In this document: piece by piece, positions 1 to 9,641 of the stretch
Layout of the letters: every line of letters starts with the position of its first letter
Numbering within the stretch: position 1 is the first letter of the stretch
Assembly (NCBI GenBank): GCA_002011035.2
Contig: MTLY02000002.1
Location: 256,001-320,000 of the forward strand
Source of the DNA: Candidatus Hecatella orcuttiae
Lineage (GTDB): Archaea; Thermoproteota; Bathyarchaeia; Hecatellales; Hecatellaceae
Direction of reading: 5' to 3'
DNA: 64,000 nt
Position numbers and translations under genes: made by a program
Notes under the pieces: model-generated
What the model was told of the DNA's origin: nothing
Database searches by the model: none
What the model saw: the letters and a program-made list of their open reading frames with translations, nothing else

Positions 1-1047
1 TTGGAAAACTCATCGGGAAGGAGCGAGGGAGACGGCTATAGGGCTGTTAGGGAAAAGATGGAGGAGATACAAAGTTGGCTTGAGGAAATTCAAAGCCATT
101 CCCGAGCTTCCATGGTGAAAATGAAGGAATTGAATTCGAAAATCTCACTCCTCCAAAAAAGTCTGAGTTCCCTAGAACAGGAGTTAGACAGTCTTCAGGA
201 AATGTACGTGGAGAAAAGGGTTAGGGAGGCTTTGCTGAATTATCAGGGGGAGGAATTAGAAGACCAGCTCCGGCAGTTGGGAAGAGAAGAGGACAGGCTT
301 AAAGAGGAACTGGAGACTTTAGCCTCCCAAGCTAGGGAAATCGGGCCTAGGGTGGAAACCCACCGGCTTCCCCAAGAAATCAGCGACGAAATCAAAACTC
401 TAACAGCCCACTTGGTCTCCTTGGCGGATGTTAATCCGGAGACTGAAAAAATCTACCGCAAATATCAGCGGGTATACGAAGAGCTGAAGCAGAAATCTGA
501 AGTATTAGCGGAAAACAGGGCTAAGATGCTGGAGGAAGTGGATGTCCGGAAAAAGGCTTGGAGAAAAGTTTTGGAAAACTTCCTCGCCGAGCTTAACCAA
601 ACCTACAGGCAGTTCCTCTCCACCATAGGCGCCCTTGGAAACGTGAAACTGGTCAACGCAGAGGATGTGGAAACCGCAGGCCTAGAGCTCTACGTAGGCT
701 TCCACGGCACAGCTCCTACCCCCTTAGACGCCTACACCCAGAGCGGAGGAGAACGGACAACAGCCATCATGGCCTTTCTGCTCGCCCTCCAAAGATACGT
801 GAAGTCTCCTATTAGGGCGGTGGATGAGTTTGATATACACATGGACCCTAGAAATAGGGAGACAGTATCGAAGCTGATAGCGCAGACCGTCGGCGAACAA
901 GAGCAAGCGCAGTATATAATTATAACGCCCTGGCATCTTCCAATCTTTGACCAAGAAGCTCACCTCATCATCGTTCAGAATGTGGCAGGAAGGTCTGAAG
1001 TTAAAACGGTGAACAGCTCTGAAGCCGGCTCGAAGGTCCAAGGATAA
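1..1047 (+). CDS. SMC-family ATPase, C-terminal part (5' truncated by window); SMC5/6-like head motifs
   Basis: Long heptad coiled coil followed by signature QSGGER and Walker B/D-loop PIRAVDEFDIHMDPRNR. Confidence 0.9.
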   Translation: MENSSGRSEGDGYRAVREKMEEIQSWLEEIQSHSRASMVKMKELNSKISLLQKSLSSLEQELDSLQEMYVEKRVREALLNYQGEELEDQLRQLGREEDRLKEELETLASQAREIGPRVETHRLPQEISDEIKTLTAHLVSLADVNPETEKIYRKYQRVYEELKQKSEVLAENRAKMLEEVDVRKKAWRKVLENFLAELNQTYRQFLSTIGALGNVKLVNAEDVETAGLELYVGFHGTAPTPLDAYTQSGGERTTAIMAFLLALQRYVKSPIRAVDEFDIHMDPRNRETVSKLIAQTVGEQEQAQYIIITPWHLPIFDQEAHLIIVQNVAGRSEVKTVNSSEAGSKVQG

Positions 1048-1825
1048 CTTAGAACACCTCCTCAGGGTGATTTCCCTCTGTGAAACGGTAGAGCGGAGGG
1101 GGATCAACCCTTTTGAGGTTGAGGTTAAAGAAGCCCTGAACTCCCTCCGACGGCTTCTCGCAAGTTGGAAGTCCTTCGAAGAGCTCTGCCTAGACGCCCA
1201 AGCCATCAACAACCTCTCCAAGGTCGTTAGGCTTCAAGGGGACTGGATTAAACGCCGATCAGCCCTCCACGGAGTGGACCCTGAGACCGTTGAAGCCCGG
1301 ATAGCGAAGCTGAAGCCCGAAGAGCTAGCCGGAGTCTTCTTAGGAGCATGGCGTCCGCTTGTTAGGCTGGAAAAGCTTTCCTTAGAAAGGTTGAAGGAAG
1401 CCTTCTGCTACTGGAAGGGGCTTCCTCCTCGAGGAGAACGTGGAGAAGATTTTCTCCTCCCTTCCTTGGAGGTTTCTACTTCCATGGATGAGGTTCTGAA
1501 AATGGTTTGGGAAGGGGAAGACTTTGATCAAACTCTTAGGAACTTCTGGGAGGAACTTCGCCTCAAGGCAAAGGAGGGGGGAGGTAAAATCTCCTACTGG
1601 AAGTTTGTGGCGGATGAAAGCTTCGCAAAGCTGGTGGTGAGAGCCTACCTGACCAGCTTTCTGCTCACCTACGGCTACGCCCGGCTGGAGGTGGAACCCT
1701 TAGAGGGGGACATAACCCTTATCCCTAACCCCGAACCGGTCACTAAGAAAAACGTCGGCTCATCGGTGGCCATATCTCTAGACCGTTTTCTCTGGGAAAA
1801 ACTGCGGGAGGAAAAGACATCGTGA
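1019..1825 (+). CDS. Kleisin (ScpA-like) subunit; probable CTG start at 1019 (ORF track start 1067)
   Basis: N-terminal LEHLLRVI...INPFEVEV resembles ScpA LDLLLxLI...IDPWDIDI; C-terminal SYWKFV...FLLTYGYARLEVEPLEGDI resembles the ScpA C-terminal winged helix; directly follows SMC. Confidence 0.75.
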   Translation: MKPARRSKDNLEHLLRVISLCETVERRGINPFEVEVKEALNSLRRLLASWKSFEELCLDAQAINNLSKVVRLQGDWIKRRSALHGVDPETVEARIAKLKPEELAGVFLGAWRPLVRLEKLSLERLKEAFCYWKGLPPRGERGEDFLLPSLEVSTSMDEVLKMVWEGEDFDQTLRNFWEELRLKAKEGGGKISYWKFVADESFAKLVVRAYLTSFLLTYGYARLEVEPLEGDITLIPNPEPVTKKNVGSSVAISLDRFLWEKLREEKTS

Positions 1826-2433
1826 CTGAGGAAGAAACCGCCGCGGCCTACGCCAGGAAGCTGAAAAGAGCAGCTCAAATGCTGTTTTTCCAGAGACACC
1901 GTGTTCCGGGCCTCCGAGGCTGGGAGCTGAGGAAATCCCTAGGCAAAGATTACATGAAAGTGGTGGAGCTTCTCAACTTCGAACTAGGGAAACTGGGCCT
2001 TCAGGTTAAAGTCATCCCGGAAACCAGTGAAACCGAGCGTCCGGAGAGGCTTACCGATGAGGAACTGGATAGGGCGAGGTTTTACATCACGCTGGGAGGC
2101 TCGCCTACGGCTACGGAAACCCAGCTGGCAGGATGGAGGATCGATGACCTAGCGGTGCTCGCGGCCTCCTTGGCCTACATCTTGGCAAGACAGGGGAAGG
2201 CTCCGAAAAGCGAGGTGGAGAAGCTTTTGAAGGAGAAGCTTCCCGAATGGAGGGTTAACCTCAGCCTCGACCGCTTCATCAAGATGAAATACTTGTCGTT
2301 GGATGAGAATGGGGTTCTCCGCTTAGACTGGAGGACGAGGGCGGAGGTGGATTTGAAAACATTGTTGGAGTTGCTTCTTACAGAGGAAACAACCTCGGCC
2401 TCCTCGGAGGGAAAAAGCCCTTCAACATCCTAA
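1822..2433 (+). CDS. Putative KITE (tandem winged-helix) subunit, Nse1/Nse3-like
   Basis: About 200 aa, two WH-sized halves, C-terminal LDRFIKMKYLSLDENGVLRLDWRTRAEV; overlaps kleisin stop by 4 nt. Confidence 0.6.
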   Translation: MTEEETAAAYARKLKRAAQMLFFQRHRVPGLRGWELRKSLGKDYMKVVELLNFELGKLGLQVKVIPETSETERPERLTDEELDRARFYITLGGSPTATETQLAGWRIDDLAVLAASLAYILARQGKAPKSEVEKLLKEKLPEWRVNLSLDRFIKMKYLSLDENGVLRLDWRTRAEVDLKTLLELLLTEETTSASSEGKSPSTS

Positions 2434-2684
2434 GATTTCAGAGACTTCTCAGCGGCGATCATGGTTAACGTGGACTTGACCTCAGGCATCCTTCGGAGCT
2501 TGCTTTCAACGAGAGCCTTAATTTCGTTTAGGTTTTCCACTTCCACCCGGAGAATGAGGTCGTAGATGCCGTAGATGCGGCTGACCTCCTTCACCGAGGG
2601 TGTACCTCGGATTTTCTCGGCTACTTCCTCGTCTGTTCCAGACTGCACATTGAGTAGCACAAAAGCCAAGGGCATTTCAAACAC
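2430..2684 (-). CDS. Stand-alone Lrp/AsnC ligand-binding (RAM) domain protein
   Basis: AFVLLNV...YGIYDLILRVE...VKSTLTMI pattern; no HTH. Confidence 0.85.
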   Translation of the reverse strand: MFEMPLAFVLLNVQSGTDEEVAEKIRGTPSVKEVSRIYGIYDLILRVEVENLNEIKALVESKLRRMPEVKSTLTMIAAEKSLKS

Positions 2685-2776
2685 GTCTGCCTTGGGGAAA
2701 TTAAATTTTTATGAATTCAACATTCAACGGTTAAAAGACTTTCGGTATCCCCCAAAAAATTTTCCTAACATGAAAC

Positions 2777-3661
2777 CTAGTTTCCTCTCCGCCAGTCAGC
2801 GGAGCTAGTCCGTCTCAGAATGGCTATGGGGCAATGTTCTGTTTCTTTGAGCATCTTCCACGTCACTTCCGTCATGGCCACGTTGAACTTTTCCGCCACA
2901 TCCCACATGGTTTTACCTGCCCCATAGCCGAGGATGTGATGGGAGGCTTCGGCCAAGTTCAAGGCTTCTTCCACTGTTAAAGCCTCCGGAGGATACACGG
3001 CTTTAGGAGTTGAACGGGGTTTAAGCTTAAACATCCTTCCAAAAAGGTAGTAGAGGAAGCCTCCTCCAGAACGAATGCCACTCACACCAGTAGGTGAAGG
3101 GGATAAGTGAAGCCTTCGAAAAGAATAGGTTTTATCCGAATCCACGATGAGAACGATGACGGATTTTTTCAGCCTCTGCTGGAAGGCAGCATAAATTTTT
3201 TCTGCCACATCCCCAGGTCTGGGGAGAGGAAGGCTGACGTAGGAATAGGGAAGGTTGGTGGCGTCGACGCCTCCCTCTGAGCTGAATCTTAAAGCTTGAA
3301 GCAAGCCGGTTTTCTCCAACACTAGCTGCTTATGCCTAGCTCCTTCAACTTGGGGGTAGTCTCTCAGCCGGAGCATAGTCAGAGGCTTCAGCCGGCATAG
3401 GAAACCCAGCAGATATCCCCAGCAAAGCCTCATCCACACTCGGACGAGAAACTGAGAGGCGAAGCCGGGTTCAACTTTGCTTTCGTCGACAATGTTCCCT
3501 TGGGCGATGGAGAGAGCTTTCTCTGAAACAGCTAAAATGTCCCCGTTTCTAACCAGCTTCCCCGCGGTTCGAAGAATTTCTTCCAAGTAGTTGGTTCCCG
3601 GAAGCCAGTAAGCTGTTCTAATTCTCTTAACCTTCAGCCCGGGAATTTTCGGAGGAGACAT
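2777..3661 (-). CDS. CofE-like (F420-0:gamma-glutamyl ligase family) protein
   Basis: GDILAVSEKALSIAQG, GGVDATN and VLIVDSD motifs. Confidence 0.75.
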   Translation of the reverse strand: MSPPKIPGLKVKRIRTAYWLPGTNYLEEILRTAGKLVRNGDILAVSEKALSIAQGNIVDESKVEPGFASQFLVRVWMRLCWGYLLGFLCRLKPLTMLRLRDYPQVEGARHKQLVLEKTGLLQALRFSSEGGVDATNLPYSYVSLPLPRPGDVAEKIYAAFQQRLKKSVIVLIVDSDKTYSFRRLHLSPSPTGVSGIRSGGGFLYYLFGRMFKLKPRSTPKAVYPPEALTVEEALNLAEASHHILGYGAGKTMWDVAEKFNVAMTEVTWKMLKETEHCPIAILRRTSSADWRRGN

Positions 3662-3759
3662 CCAAGGTTAACCGGCATGGATGACCAAAAAAACTTTCCG
3701 CAACCTGAGGCAATTAATAATAAGGGCTTTTCGAATACCTTTCCGTAGGAGTTAAGCCC

Positions 3760-5142
3760 ATGGAAGACATCCTTCTTTACGCTGTTCACGTGGGAGAAAA
3801 ACTCGGCGCCGACTTCGTGGAGGTCCGAGGCCAAGAACTCCATAAGACATCGGTAACCACTAAAGACGGAAAACCGGAGCATATCAGAGAAGGCTTCGAA
3901 GAAGGCTTAGGCATAAGAGTGCTAGCCCGTGGGGCTTGGGGTTTCCTATCCCTAAGAAAAACAGACCGGGAATCAATAAGGGAAGCGGCGGAGAAAGCCT
4001 ACAAGTTGGCCCTGACCTCCAGCCGGGAGATTAAAGAGCCTGTGAAGTTGGCGGAGGTCAAGCCTGTGCGGGATAGGGTGGTTAAGAAGCCTAAACTTTC
4101 CCCCACCGATGTCTCCTTGGAGCAAAAGGCGGAACTGGCTCTAAGCATCGACAGGGACATTTTCAGCCTAGTTCCTCAGGTGAAAAGCTGCACTGTTAAT
4201 TACCTCGACGTGGTGGGCGTGAACTACTATTTTTCCAGTGAAGGAGCCCGCATCCAACAGGACAGCCTCCACGTTTGGCTGAGAGTTTACGCCACGGCGT
4301 CTGAGGGGGAGGTATTCGCCTCCGCCAGTGAGGAGGTGGGTTCCACCAAGGGTTTTGAAACCTTTGAAAGACAGGTCCTAGAAAAAGTGAGCAGCAGGGT
4401 CTCCCGGCGGATCAGGGAGCAGTTGAAGGCGGAACTGCCCAAAGGCGGAGTCTACCCGGCTGTCTTAGGCTCCAACGTGGTAGGGGTCTTCATCCACGAA
4501 GCCTTCGGCCACCTAGCGGAAGCAGACCTAGCGTTAGCCGGCTCGGTGACATTAGACAAAATGGGAAAGAGAATAGCCTCGGAGGCAACGAGCATCTTCG
4601 ACGATGGAACGCTGCCTGGAGCCTTCGGTAGCTTCCGCTACGACGACGAAGGTGTTCCAGCTCAGCGAACCCCGTTGGTGGAGAAAGGCGTGGTAGTGGG
4701 GCTGATGCATTCCCGGGAAACAGCAGGCCGGCTGGGTGTTCAGCCTACTGGAAACGCTAGAGCGGAAAGTTTCAGGTTTACACCAATAATCCGTATGAGA
4801 AACACCTATTTGGCTCCAGGAGATCAGAGCTTAGAAGAGCTTCTAGAGCCCATTCGTTTCGGCTACTATCTGAAAACCCTCAGAGGAGGACAAGCCAACT
4901 TAGACGGCACTTTTCAGGTGGGCATTCAGGAAGGCTACAAGGTTATCAGGGGAGAAGTCTGCGAGCCGGTGAGAAATCTTTCCATGAGCGGGCACACTCT
5001 TCAGACACTCCTGAAGATAGAAGCTGTAGGGAAGGATTTCCAACTCTGGCCGGGACGGTGTGGAAAAGGCCAGACTGCCTTCATCTGCGACGGAGGCCCT
5101 TCCATCAGAGTAGGGGAGGCTCAGCTGGGAGGGAGAGGATAA
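3760..5142 (+). CDS. tldD: TldD metalloprotease
   Basis: GLGIRV, HEAFGH (HExxxH), DDEG, RMRNTY, C-terminal CGKG. Confidence 0.92.
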   Translation: MEDILLYAVHVGEKLGADFVEVRGQELHKTSVTTKDGKPEHIREGFEEGLGIRVLARGAWGFLSLRKTDRESIREAAEKAYKLALTSSREIKEPVKLAEVKPVRDRVVKKPKLSPTDVSLEQKAELALSIDRDIFSLVPQVKSCTVNYLDVVGVNYYFSSEGARIQQDSLHVWLRVYATASEGEVFASASEEVGSTKGFETFERQVLEKVSSRVSRRIREQLKAELPKGGVYPAVLGSNVVGVFIHEAFGHLAEADLALAGSVTLDKMGKRIASEATSIFDDGTLPGAFGSFRYDDEGVPAQRTPLVEKGVVVGLMHSRETAGRLGVQPTGNARAESFRFTPIIRMRNTYLAPGDQSLEELLEPIRFGYYLKTLRGGQANLDGTFQVGIQEGYKVIRGEVCEPVRNLSMSGHTLQTLLKIEAVGKDFQLWPGRCGKGQTAFICDGGPSIRVGEAQLGGRG

Positions 5143-5145
5143 GCC

Positions 5146-6513
5146 GTGAACCTTCTAGCCTACGGGGAGAAAGCTGTTCGCAGAGCTCTAGCCTCAGGGG
5201 CTCAGGAAACGGAAGCCTTTCTGGCTAAGGGTCGGTGTTTCGTGGTGGAAATAGAGCGAGGTCAGATCGCTAGGAGCTCCAGTATGGTGGATGAAGGCCT
5301 AGGTGTGAGGGCGGTAATAGGTAAAGCTTGGGGTTTCGCCTACACCAACAAGCTGACCGACGAGGAGGTGGAAAAAGCCGCCTTAGCGGCCCTGAGAGCG
5401 GCGAGGGCAGGAAAACCTGATGAGGCATGGAAAGGGTTCCCGGCTTCCCGAAAACTTCCAAAAGCGAAGGGCACCTATGACGAGGAAGTAGCCGGCCTCC
5501 CCGCGGAAGAAGCAGTGAACCTGGCTTCTAAAATGTTGAGGACGGCTCAAAGCTTTGACGGCAGAGTCTTGGCTGTCGAGGGATCGGTAGGCGTCTCCCT
5601 GGTGGAGAAGGCGGTGGTAAACTCGTTGGGGGTTCATGCCTGCGACAGAGGAACCCGGACTGAATGCTTTCTGGGGGCCATAGCCAAAGAGGTGGGGGAA
5701 ACTACTCCCCTATGCTTCGAATTCGACGCTCACTGTTCTCTTCGAATCAACCCGGAAAAGGTGGGAGAAGAGGCAGCGAGGTTGGCTGTTTCCGCCCTCG
5801 GAGCGGAAGACCTTGAAACCGGCAGCTACACCGTGGTCCTCGGCCAGTCTGCCTTGCTGGGGATTTTTTACCACAGTCTTATCCCCTCCCTTAAGGCTGA
5901 CAACGTTCAGCGGGGTAAATCCAAGCTGAAAGGGAAAATCGGAGTGAACATCGCCTCGGAGCTTCTAACCATTCACGACGACGGCCTCCGGGAAGGGGGC
6001 CTTCACACTTGGAGTTTCGACGACGAAGGTCACCCAAGCCAGAGGACGACTCTCATAGAAAAGGGCGTGTTGAAAGGCTACCTCTACGACAGCTACACGG
6101 CTGGCAAGGAGGGTGTGGAGAGCACGGGTAACGCCTGGCGGAGCCATCCGGCCCCCTACGCTTGGACTCCCATCATCGAGGCCACAAACTTCACCGTCAC
6201 CCCGTCCACCATTTCGCCTGAGAGGCTTTTGTCCGAGGTGAAGAAGGGAGTTTTCATTCCCTATGTTCAAGGCGCCCACAGCAGCAATCCTGAGAGCGGA
6301 GAGTTCTCGGTGGTGGCTGCACCTGCGTGGAAGATTGAAGAAGGCCAAGTAGGCCGACCGTTGAAGGGAGTGATGCTGACTGGAACCATTTATGAACTTC
6401 TCAGAAATATTTCAGGGTTGGCGAGCAACCTCAGACAGCTGGCCCTCTTGGTGGCGCCATGGATTAGAATCGAAGATGCGAGGCTGGTGGGCCGGAGGGG
6501 AGAGGAAGGTTAA
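5146..6513 (+). CDS. tldE: PmbA/TldE partner subunit
   Basis: GLGVRA, FDDEG, STGNA, SGEFS motifs; no HExxH; follows tldD. Confidence 0.9.
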   Translation: MNLLAYGEKAVRRALASGAQETEAFLAKGRCFVVEIERGQIARSSSMVDEGLGVRAVIGKAWGFAYTNKLTDEEVEKAALAALRAARAGKPDEAWKGFPASRKLPKAKGTYDEEVAGLPAEEAVNLASKMLRTAQSFDGRVLAVEGSVGVSLVEKAVVNSLGVHACDRGTRTECFLGAIAKEVGETTPLCFEFDAHCSLRINPEKVGEEAARLAVSALGAEDLETGSYTVVLGQSALLGIFYHSLIPSLKADNVQRGKSKLKGKIGVNIASELLTIHDDGLREGGLHTWSFDDEGHPSQRTTLIEKGVLKGYLYDSYTAGKEGVESTGNAWRSHPAPYAWTPIIEATNFTVTPSTISPERLLSEVKKGVFIPYVQGAHSSNPESGEFSVVAAPAWKIEEGQVGRPLKGVMLTGTIYELLRNISGLASNLRQLALLVAPWIRIEDARLVGRRGEEG

Positions 6514-6932
6514 AGCCTCCGCCTCAGCCTGAAAAGAGAGGCTGGAACACCGAGGATAACCGCGGCTAGGATGAAAGACTGCCAAGATGCTAGGGAGTAA
6601 AAGGCTAAGACTAGGGAGAAGTAGATGGTTAAGATAAGGGTTAACATACCGTAGAGAGCAAACTGGTGGCTTCTGAAATAAAGCTTCCTCTTCTCCTCTT
6701 GGGTGATGGGGAAACTGCGGGAGTGATGGTAGACGGGAGGTAGGAGGAAAATCAGGACAGAGATGGCGGCAAAGGAGAGGGCTAAGATGGTTAAAAACAC
6801 CTGCACTGAGGCTTCTTCTCCCCCTTTGAAAACGGCTACGTTGAGGAGAAATCCGAAGAGAATCCCCGACACAGCCACCAGAAGGCGGAATTCCCCGAGG
6901 ATGTCCCCTACATCTATGGCGTAGTCGCTCAA
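6510..6932 (-). CDS. Small integral membrane protein (about 4 TM, DUF6328-like)
   Basis: LGEFRLLVAVSGILFGFLL and PPVYHH motifs; hydrophobic segments. Confidence 0.6.
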   Translation of the reverse strand: MSDYAIDVGDILGEFRLLVAVSGILFGFLLNVAVFKGGEEASVQVFLTILALSFAAISVLIFLLPPVYHHSRSFPITQEEKRKLYFRSHQFALYGMLTLILTIYFSLVLAFYSLASWQSFILAAVILGVPASLFRLRRRL

Positions 6933-7024
6933 AGAGTATCCCCCTAGACTAAGCGTCGGCGGTCTTTAAAACTTTACAGACTCTGGTCTAAGGAGACTGG
7001 ACCTCAAAAAAATGGAGGGTTTTG

Positions 7025-7336
7025 TTACTTTACGGGGATTTTTCTTCCGCGAAGAGGCTGCTTCAACGGCACTGTAATCTTGAGAAGCCCACTTTCATAG
7101 GTGGCTTCAGCTTTATCCACATCTACGGGATGAGCGAGATAGTAGCATCCGGAATATTCTAGGTCCTCTCTGACAGCTCTGACGCAGAAAGTTTGTTCTC
7201 CAAGCTCCAATTCAATATCTTTCTTCTCAACCCCAGGGAATTCCACTTCCACGTAGTATCTTTCCCGGTCATGGTCAACACATGTAGAAGGAGCCACGGT
7301 AACCTTGGTTTTTTCTACCATAAAAATTTCCTCCAC
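7025..7336 (-). CDS. Small heat shock protein (Hsp20/alpha-crystallin)
   Basis: VEFPGVEKKDIEL and AEATYESGLLKITVP, C-terminal IPV motif. Confidence 0.88.
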   Translation of the reverse strand: MEEIFMVEKTKVTVAPSTCVDHDRERYYVEVEFPGVEKKDIELELGEQTFCVRAVREDLEYSGCYYLAHPVDVDKAEATYESGLLKITVPLKQPLRGRKIPVK

Positions 7337-7388
7337 TATGAAGAAAGAGACCGCTGAAAAATAAGCGTTTCGTGTTGCAAATGTAAAG

Positions 7389-7856
7389 TCACCGGTGTAA
7401 CCTAGGCTTCAACCGCCTTCCTAAAAAGCCGATGTAAACTATGGAAAAACCAACAAAGAGGACTACGGCCACTTTCAAAGCCAGAGAGACAGCGGTCAAG
7501 GAAAGCAATGCCACTGCCACACCTTCTAAGAAGCCTGTGGAAACTCTCCATCGGTTGGTTCCTTTCCTGAAACCCCAAGTTTGGGTTAACCAGTCGAAAG
7601 CAGCTGGGAAAAGAAGTAAGATGCAGAAGAAGACTTGATAAGGAAAAGAGAGGCCGTGGAATAGTGGAACTTCATAGAGAGCCGTCGCAGCAATTAAAGA
7701 GGAAAAGCCCATATAGACCCCCAAGCAGCGAGCGCAGATATGGATGTCCTTGCCTCCCAGCCTTAGGGTCACCCAGTGTCTGTGGGATAACAAGCTTTCC
7801 CAGTTCAAAACCTTCACCCACAAGCTTCCGTTTGGCTTTTTCCGCAATAGGGGCAC
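7389..7856 (-). CDS. DUF2085-family membrane protein
   Basis: ICARCLGVYMG and DWLTQ...TNRWRVSTG motifs. Confidence 0.8.
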   Translation of the reverse strand: MPLLRKKPNGSLWVKVLNWESLLSHRHWVTLRLGGKDIHICARCLGVYMGFSSLIAATALYEVPLFHGLSFPYQVFFCILLLFPAAFDWLTQTWGFRKGTNRWRVSTGFLEGVAVALLSLTAVSLALKVAVVLFVGFSIVYIGFLGRRLKPRLHR

Positions 7857-8359
7857 AGCTGATAGTCAGTCATGATAGGTTTACCGCAGGAGGAACACGG
7901 TTTCCCAACCGCGGGCACTTGGATGGGAAAGTTTGCCTTGAAATTACGCATGAGAGCCGCAACGCCGGAGCTGTAGGTGGTCTTTACCGAGGCGCCGCCC
8001 CCTTTCACTTCCGTTAGCTCGAAGGTAGCCTCCCCTTGACCGCCCACTCTAACCTTATAAAGTCTTGGGGGAATGGATTCCAAGACTTCGAATTTCGGCG
8101 AGGCCTTTCCTCCTAAGAAGAAACTGCGAGTGCTGGGCTGCGCTCCTTGGATTTCCCATTCCCTTGTTTTCTTGACGATGGCATCGTAGGCTTCTTGCAA
8201 AGTATAAGGAGTAAACCACACGTCGGTTATTTGAGGCCCTCTCTGAGCGGCTCCTCGAGACTGCATCAGCATCATCATAACGCAGCATAGAAGTAATGGT
8301 AGAAACAGGAGAAAACTGGAATACTCTGCCAAAGGTATAACCTTCATAAAGTAGTCCAC
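7814..8359 (-). CDS. Membrane-anchored protein with C-terminal zinc ribbon
   Basis: N-terminal hydrophobic helix; CSSCG...CPYCG. Confidence 0.7.
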   Translation of the reverse strand: MDYFMKVIPLAEYSSFLLFLPLLLCCVMMMLMQSRGAAQRGPQITDVWFTPYTLQEAYDAIVKKTREWEIQGAQPSTRSFFLGGKASPKFEVLESIPPRLYKVRVGGQGEATFELTEVKGGGASVKTTYSSGVAALMRNFKANFPIQVPAVGKPCSSCGKPIMTDYQLCPYCGKSQTEACG

Positions 8360-8518
8360 CCTAAGCTTAAATAAGTTTCTGATCAGAAAGAGAAGCTTAA
8401 CCTAGCTATCCTTTATCTTCCCTTAAAAAAAGGTCTACTCAGCCGTTTCACGCAAACTCAAATACGTCCTAGTCCTAAAACTCTATTAGGAAATCCCGCT
8501 CAGACCCGCTGGTGCATC

Positions 8519-9202
8519 ATGGTGAAGTTGAAGCCTGAAGAGGAAAGAAGACGGCTGGTAGAAGCACTCCAAGCCTATGGAGCCCTTCGCAGCCCTAAGG
8601 TTATCAGAGCTATGCTCAAGGTTCCGAGAGAGATGTTCGTTTTGGAAAGCATGAAAGACAGAGCCTACGATGATACACCCCTGCCCATCCTATCAGGCCA
8701 GACCATATCAGCCCCCCACATGGTGGCCATGATGAGTGAACTTCTGGAATTGGAGGCGGGCCACAGAGTTTTAGAGGTGGGAGCGGGAAGCGGATACCAC
8801 GCTGCCGTAGTAGCTGAGATTATAGCCCCGGAGGAAGCTGAAAACAAAGGCCACGTCTACACCGTGGAGATCCTTCCTGAACTGGTTAGGTTTGCGTCGG
8901 AAAACTTGGAGAAAACTTCCTACGCTAAGGTTGTAACGGTTATCCAAGGCGATGGCTCCCGCGGATTACCCAGTCACGCTCCCTTCGACCGCATCTTCGT
9001 CACAGCCTCAGCGCCCTCTGTGCCCCCGCCCTTGGTGGAGCAACTTAAACCAGGAGGCATTCTTGTGATCCCAGTGGGCGGCGCCTATATATCTCAAACC
9101 CTCCGAACGGTGAAGAAAAGGCAGGATGGACAGGTTGAATCTTCCGACCTGATGGGTGTGGCCTTCGTTCCTTTGAGGGGTGAGTACGGATGGAAAAGCT
9201 AA
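8519..9202 (+). CDS. pcm: Protein-L-isoaspartate O-methyltransferase
   Basis: GQTISAPHMVA, VLEVGAGSGY, APFDRI, FVPL motifs. Confidence 0.95.
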   Translation: MVKLKPEEERRRLVEALQAYGALRSPKVIRAMLKVPREMFVLESMKDRAYDDTPLPILSGQTISAPHMVAMMSELLELEAGHRVLEVGAGSGYHAAVVAEIIAPEEAENKGHVYTVEILPELVRFASENLEKTSYAKVVTVIQGDGSRGLPSHAPFDRIFVTASAPSVPPPLVEQLKPGGILVIPVGGAYISQTLRTVKKRQDGQVESSDLMGVAFVPLRGEYGWKS

Positions 9203-9217
9203 AGCTCAAAGAGGCGG

Positions 9218-9640
9218 TTGGAGATGTCTGAAGACAAGTTGGTGGGTATTGAAGCTTTCGAAGGCGGTTGGGCTCACAAAAAATTTCTGGACCGCGCCCT
9301 AAAGGAAAGAGCTAAAATTCTCGCTCGCATCAGCCGGGAGGAGGCAGGCAAGTTAGCGGAGGCTGTGGGAGGGAGGCTTACGGAGCTCCTGGAGGAGGCT
9401 GCGGAGTGGGTTATAGTCGTCAGCCCTCTGCCGAAACTGGAGGTTTATTATGTCCTCAAACGTTACGCTCCCGAGTTTGAGGATGTGCTTCAGGCTTTTT
9501 ATAGGAGAAAAGACTTGGAGCTGAGCCTTCCGGCTGAAGATATATCCGAGTTCACCGTTCTCTACGCCAATGCTCTGATCTACGCTGCTAGGCAAATTTT
9601 GGGGAAAGATGATCTGCCCCATCTTTCACGGTACCTTTAA
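9218..9640 (+). CDS. Hypothetical protein
   Basis: 140-aa ORF with host-like codon usage, SD-like GAGG upstream; no family recognised. Confidence 0.65.
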   Translation: MEMSEDKLVGIEAFEGGWAHKKFLDRALKERAKILARISREEAGKLAEAVGGRLTELLEEAAEWVIVVSPLPKLEVYYVLKRYAPEFEDVLQAFYRRKDLELSLPAEDISEFTVLYANALIYAARQILGKDDLPHLSRYL

Positions 9641-9641
9641 A

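Noticed and set aside
1-2433. Wadjet (JetABCD) defence system interpretation
   Set aside because: Gene order and ScpA-like kleisin differ from jetABC, and no JetD follows; upstream context is outside the window, so not fully excluded
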